Positions 62,401 through 64,000 of a DNA stretch of 64,000 nucleotides are shown piece by piece. How positions within the stretch are numbered: the stretch's first letter is position 1; each line of letters begins with the position of its first letter. The DNA is taken from NCBI GenBank assembly GCA_037139095.1, contig JBAXHD010000008.1, forward strand, positions 16,781 to 80,780, in the 5' to 3' direction. Made by a program: the position numbers and the translations under genes. The DNA is from Actinomycetota bacterium. GTDB taxonomy: Bacteria > Actinomycetota > Acidimicrobiia > Acidimicrobiales > Ilumatobacteraceae. The notes beneath the pieces are model-generated. The model ran no database searches. It saw nothing but the letters and a program-made list of their open reading frames with translations, and had not been told where the DNA came from.

Positions 62401-63806
62401 CGTCCTACCTCCAGGGCGTGTCGCAACGCGATTCCGTTGGTGGGAATGACCTCAACGGAGCGGGGCAGCGAATCAACTGTGGTGCCATCGAGGAAACGTC
62501 CCTCGCTGAGGCACACATCGGGCAACAGGTAACGGTGAGTGAGCGGCTCTTGGCTGAGCACTCGGGCAATATCTTCGCCCACCATCAACCCGGTGACGGC
62601 GGTATTGCCGCCAAAGAACAAGTTCGGAACGGCGATGACGCGCACATCATCGCGGCCGAGTTCGGCAACAAGCGGCCCGAGCACCTGAGCGCCAAACACT
62701 CCGGTAAGGATGCCGATGGGCGCCGTGGCGCGTGGCCGAAGTTGTACCGAACCTGCGGTGCCTGAGTCGCCACCGCAGCCACGAAGGCCCGTGTCGCCAG
62801 CGGGATTGCGAGGAGCGCGGTAACCCGCAGCAGGCGCGCCATCGACCGAGGCAAAGAATCCAGCTTGTGGACCGACCGGCGTATCGACCTTGCCGCTGAA
62901 CTCCATCTCAAAGGTGCGTGCCATGCCGATGCCGTCTTCGTGCATTTCGAAACCTGCGTAGGTTTCGGCGTCGGGGAATGGACGGCCGGTCATGAGGTAG
63001 TACTCGTCGGCGGCAAAAACCATGCGGTGGCCAATTGTCGCTTTGAACAGGTCCTGCCAATCGTGAACGGTGTCGAGTACGGCGTTGGCTTCGGCCAGAG
63101 TGTGCTCGCGCATTGCTGACTCTGCATTGAACTTGCTGAGACCCAACGGCACGCAGGCAATAGATGCCAACTCGGGGTACTGATCAAGTACACCAGCGAG
63201 CGTGTCGTCGAGCACCGCGCCATCGTTCACACCAGGACACACCACGATCTGGCCGTGCACAGTGATGTCATGATCGAGCAGCGCACGAAGCCAACGCAGG
63301 CTCATACCGCCGCGAGGGTTGCGCAACATGCGGTTGCGGATCTCGGGGTTTGTGGCATGAATGCTCACGTTCAGCGGCGACAAGCGTTCGGTGATCACAC
63401 GCTCGAGGTCGGCTTCGGTGAAGCGAGTGAGGGTGGTGAAGTTGCCGTACAAGAAGCTGAGTCGGTAGTCGTCGTCTTTGAGGTAGAGGCTCTTACGAAG
63501 ACCCTTTGGGAGCTGGTAAATAAAGCAGAACTCACAATGGTTGTCGCATGTGCGCACTCGATCGAACAGAGCGCTTTCGATGTCGACCCCAAGCGGCTCG
63601 CCTGCTCGCTTCGCAATTTCGAACGAGAGTTCTACGTTGCCCCGGCGGATATCGACATCGATCTCGGCTTCGTCGACAAGGAAGCGCCACTCGATGATGT
63701 CTCGCGGCACTTGACCATTGAGCCGCAGCACTTCGTCGCCCGCCAATAGCCCAGCCATCGCTGCAGGTGAACCTGGTTCGATGAGGGTAACGACGGGGGT
63801 GGACAT
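62397..63806 (-). CDS. PDZ plus radical-SAM-like DUF512 protein
   Basis: 469 aa. N-terminal PDZ (GSPAAMAGLLAGDEVLRLNG), CX3CX2C (CDNHCEFC) and a long DUF512-type C-terminus. ATGA overlap with der. Confidence 0.85.
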   Translation of the reverse strand: MSTPVVTLIEPGSPAAMAGLLAGDEVLRLNGQVPRDIIEWRFLVDEAEIDVDIRRGNVELSFEIAKRAGEPLGVDIESALFDRVRTCDNHCEFCFIYQLPKGLRKSLYLKDDDYRLSFLYGNFTTLTRFTEADLERVITERLSPLNVSIHATNPEIRNRMLRNPRGGMSLRWLRALLDHDITVHGQIVVCPGVNDGAVLDDTLAGVLDQYPELASIACVPLGLSKFNAESAMREHTLAEANAVLDTVHDWQDLFKATIGHRMVFAADEYYLMTGRPFPDAETYAGFEMHEDGIGMARTFEMEFSGKVDTPVGPQAGFFASVDGAPAAGYRAPRNPAGDTGLRGCGGDSGTAGSVQLRPRATAPIGILTGVFGAQVLGPLVAELGRDDVRVIAVPNLFFGGNTAVTGLMVGEDIARVLSQEPLTHRYLLPDVCLSEGRFLDGTTVDSLPRSVEVIPTNGIALRHALEVGR

Positions 63807-63859
63807 AGCCCGTCAAGGCTACCGTGCGCCAGCTTGGAGCGCTCCGGTAGTCTGCTCGG

Positions 63860-64000
63860 GTGAATGTTGATCGGGTGCTACTCGCCGAGCCACGTGGTTT
63901 TTGCGCTGGAGTCGAGATGGCCATTAAGGCATTGGCATTCATGGTGCGCAGCTTCCCCGCGCCGGTGTACTGCTACCACGAGATCGTGCACAACAAGCTC
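63860..64000 (+). CDS. ispH: 4-hydroxy-3-methylbut-2-enyl diphosphate reductase IspH (N-terminal 47 codons; runs off the right edge)
   Basis: Hand translation from GTG 63860 gives [29 protein letters not shown]...[22 protein letters not shown] and HEIVHN are IspH signatures. GTG 63875 is an alternative start. Confidence 0.85.
   Translation, partial: MNVDRVLLAEPRGFCAGVEMAIKALAFMVRSFPAPVYCYHEIVHNKL

Noticed and set aside
1-64000. rRNA, tmRNA, RNase P RNA, SRP RNA, CRISPR arrays, IS elements, toxin-antitoxin pairs and known defence systems.
   Set aside because: No intergenic gap exceeds about 170 nt. No repeat-spacer pattern, terminal inverted repeats, transposase or nuclease/helicase defence-type ORFs were seen. 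Essentially all of the sequence is accounted for by the genes listed.

Overview
High-GC actinobacterial chromosome segment. Hand counts on housekeeping lines give about 60-63% GC. I call about 65 protein genes, mostly on the minus strand, plus one tRNA-Pro(GGG). The genes are tightly packed, with many 1-, 4-, 8- and 10-nt stop/start overlaps. I saw no rRNA, CRISPR array, IS element, transposase or integrase.

Gene content and order, left to right:
- dop (truncated at the left edge), arc/mpa, a small ferredoxin, trmI, a ttuA-like gene and a thiS/ttuB-like gene
- three small membrane proteins, a LON-N-domain protein, dacB
- an ADP-forming acyl-CoA synthetase, a PaaI thioesterase, an alpha/beta hydrolase, a TetR regulator
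- nagA, tkt, tal, a LOG-family gene, a MOSC-domain gene
- glcF, then nei and a collagen-like repeat protein on the opposite strand, then glcE and glcD
- rarA, a Nudix hydrolase, aspS, hisS, rel, apt, secF, secD, yajC, tgt, queA, ruvB, ruvA, ruvC
- a lipoprotein hydrolase, bcp, yebC, pdxT, pdxS, a DUF3048 lipoprotein, htpX, lemA, pimA
- an LLM oxidoreductase, an SRAP peptidase, two amidohydrolases
- a three-gene pilin-like operon, a Zn-ribbon methyltransferase, tRNA-Pro, der, a DUF512 radical-SAM protein, ispH (truncated at the right edge)

From memory, the order rarA ... aspS-hisS-rel-apt-secFD-yajC ... ruvBAC ... pdxTS ... pimA matches Mycobacterium. The presence of queA-tgt and the overall content suggest a deep-branching actinomycete such as an Acidimicrobiia-like organism; this is inference only.

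Best candidates for something undescribed:
1. 54686-59446: an orphan operon of three type IV pilin-like proteins. It includes a 910-aa pilin-vWA fusion. No pilus machinery lies nearby, and the operon sits between core genes and tRNA-Pro.
2. 21670-23469: a secreted protein combining an actinobacterial lectin-like domain, a (GTN)n collagen-like stalk and seven Cx4C-containing propeller-like repeats. Together with nei it splits the glycolate oxidase genes.
3. 3501-5553: a ttuB-like/ttuA-like/trmI tRNA T-loop modification operon next to the Pup-proteasome genes. The ubiquitin-fold carrier ends in GG-SL rather than GG.

All calls rest on reading the ORF translations and the DNA by eye. Start codons are often uncertain, and no database search was run.
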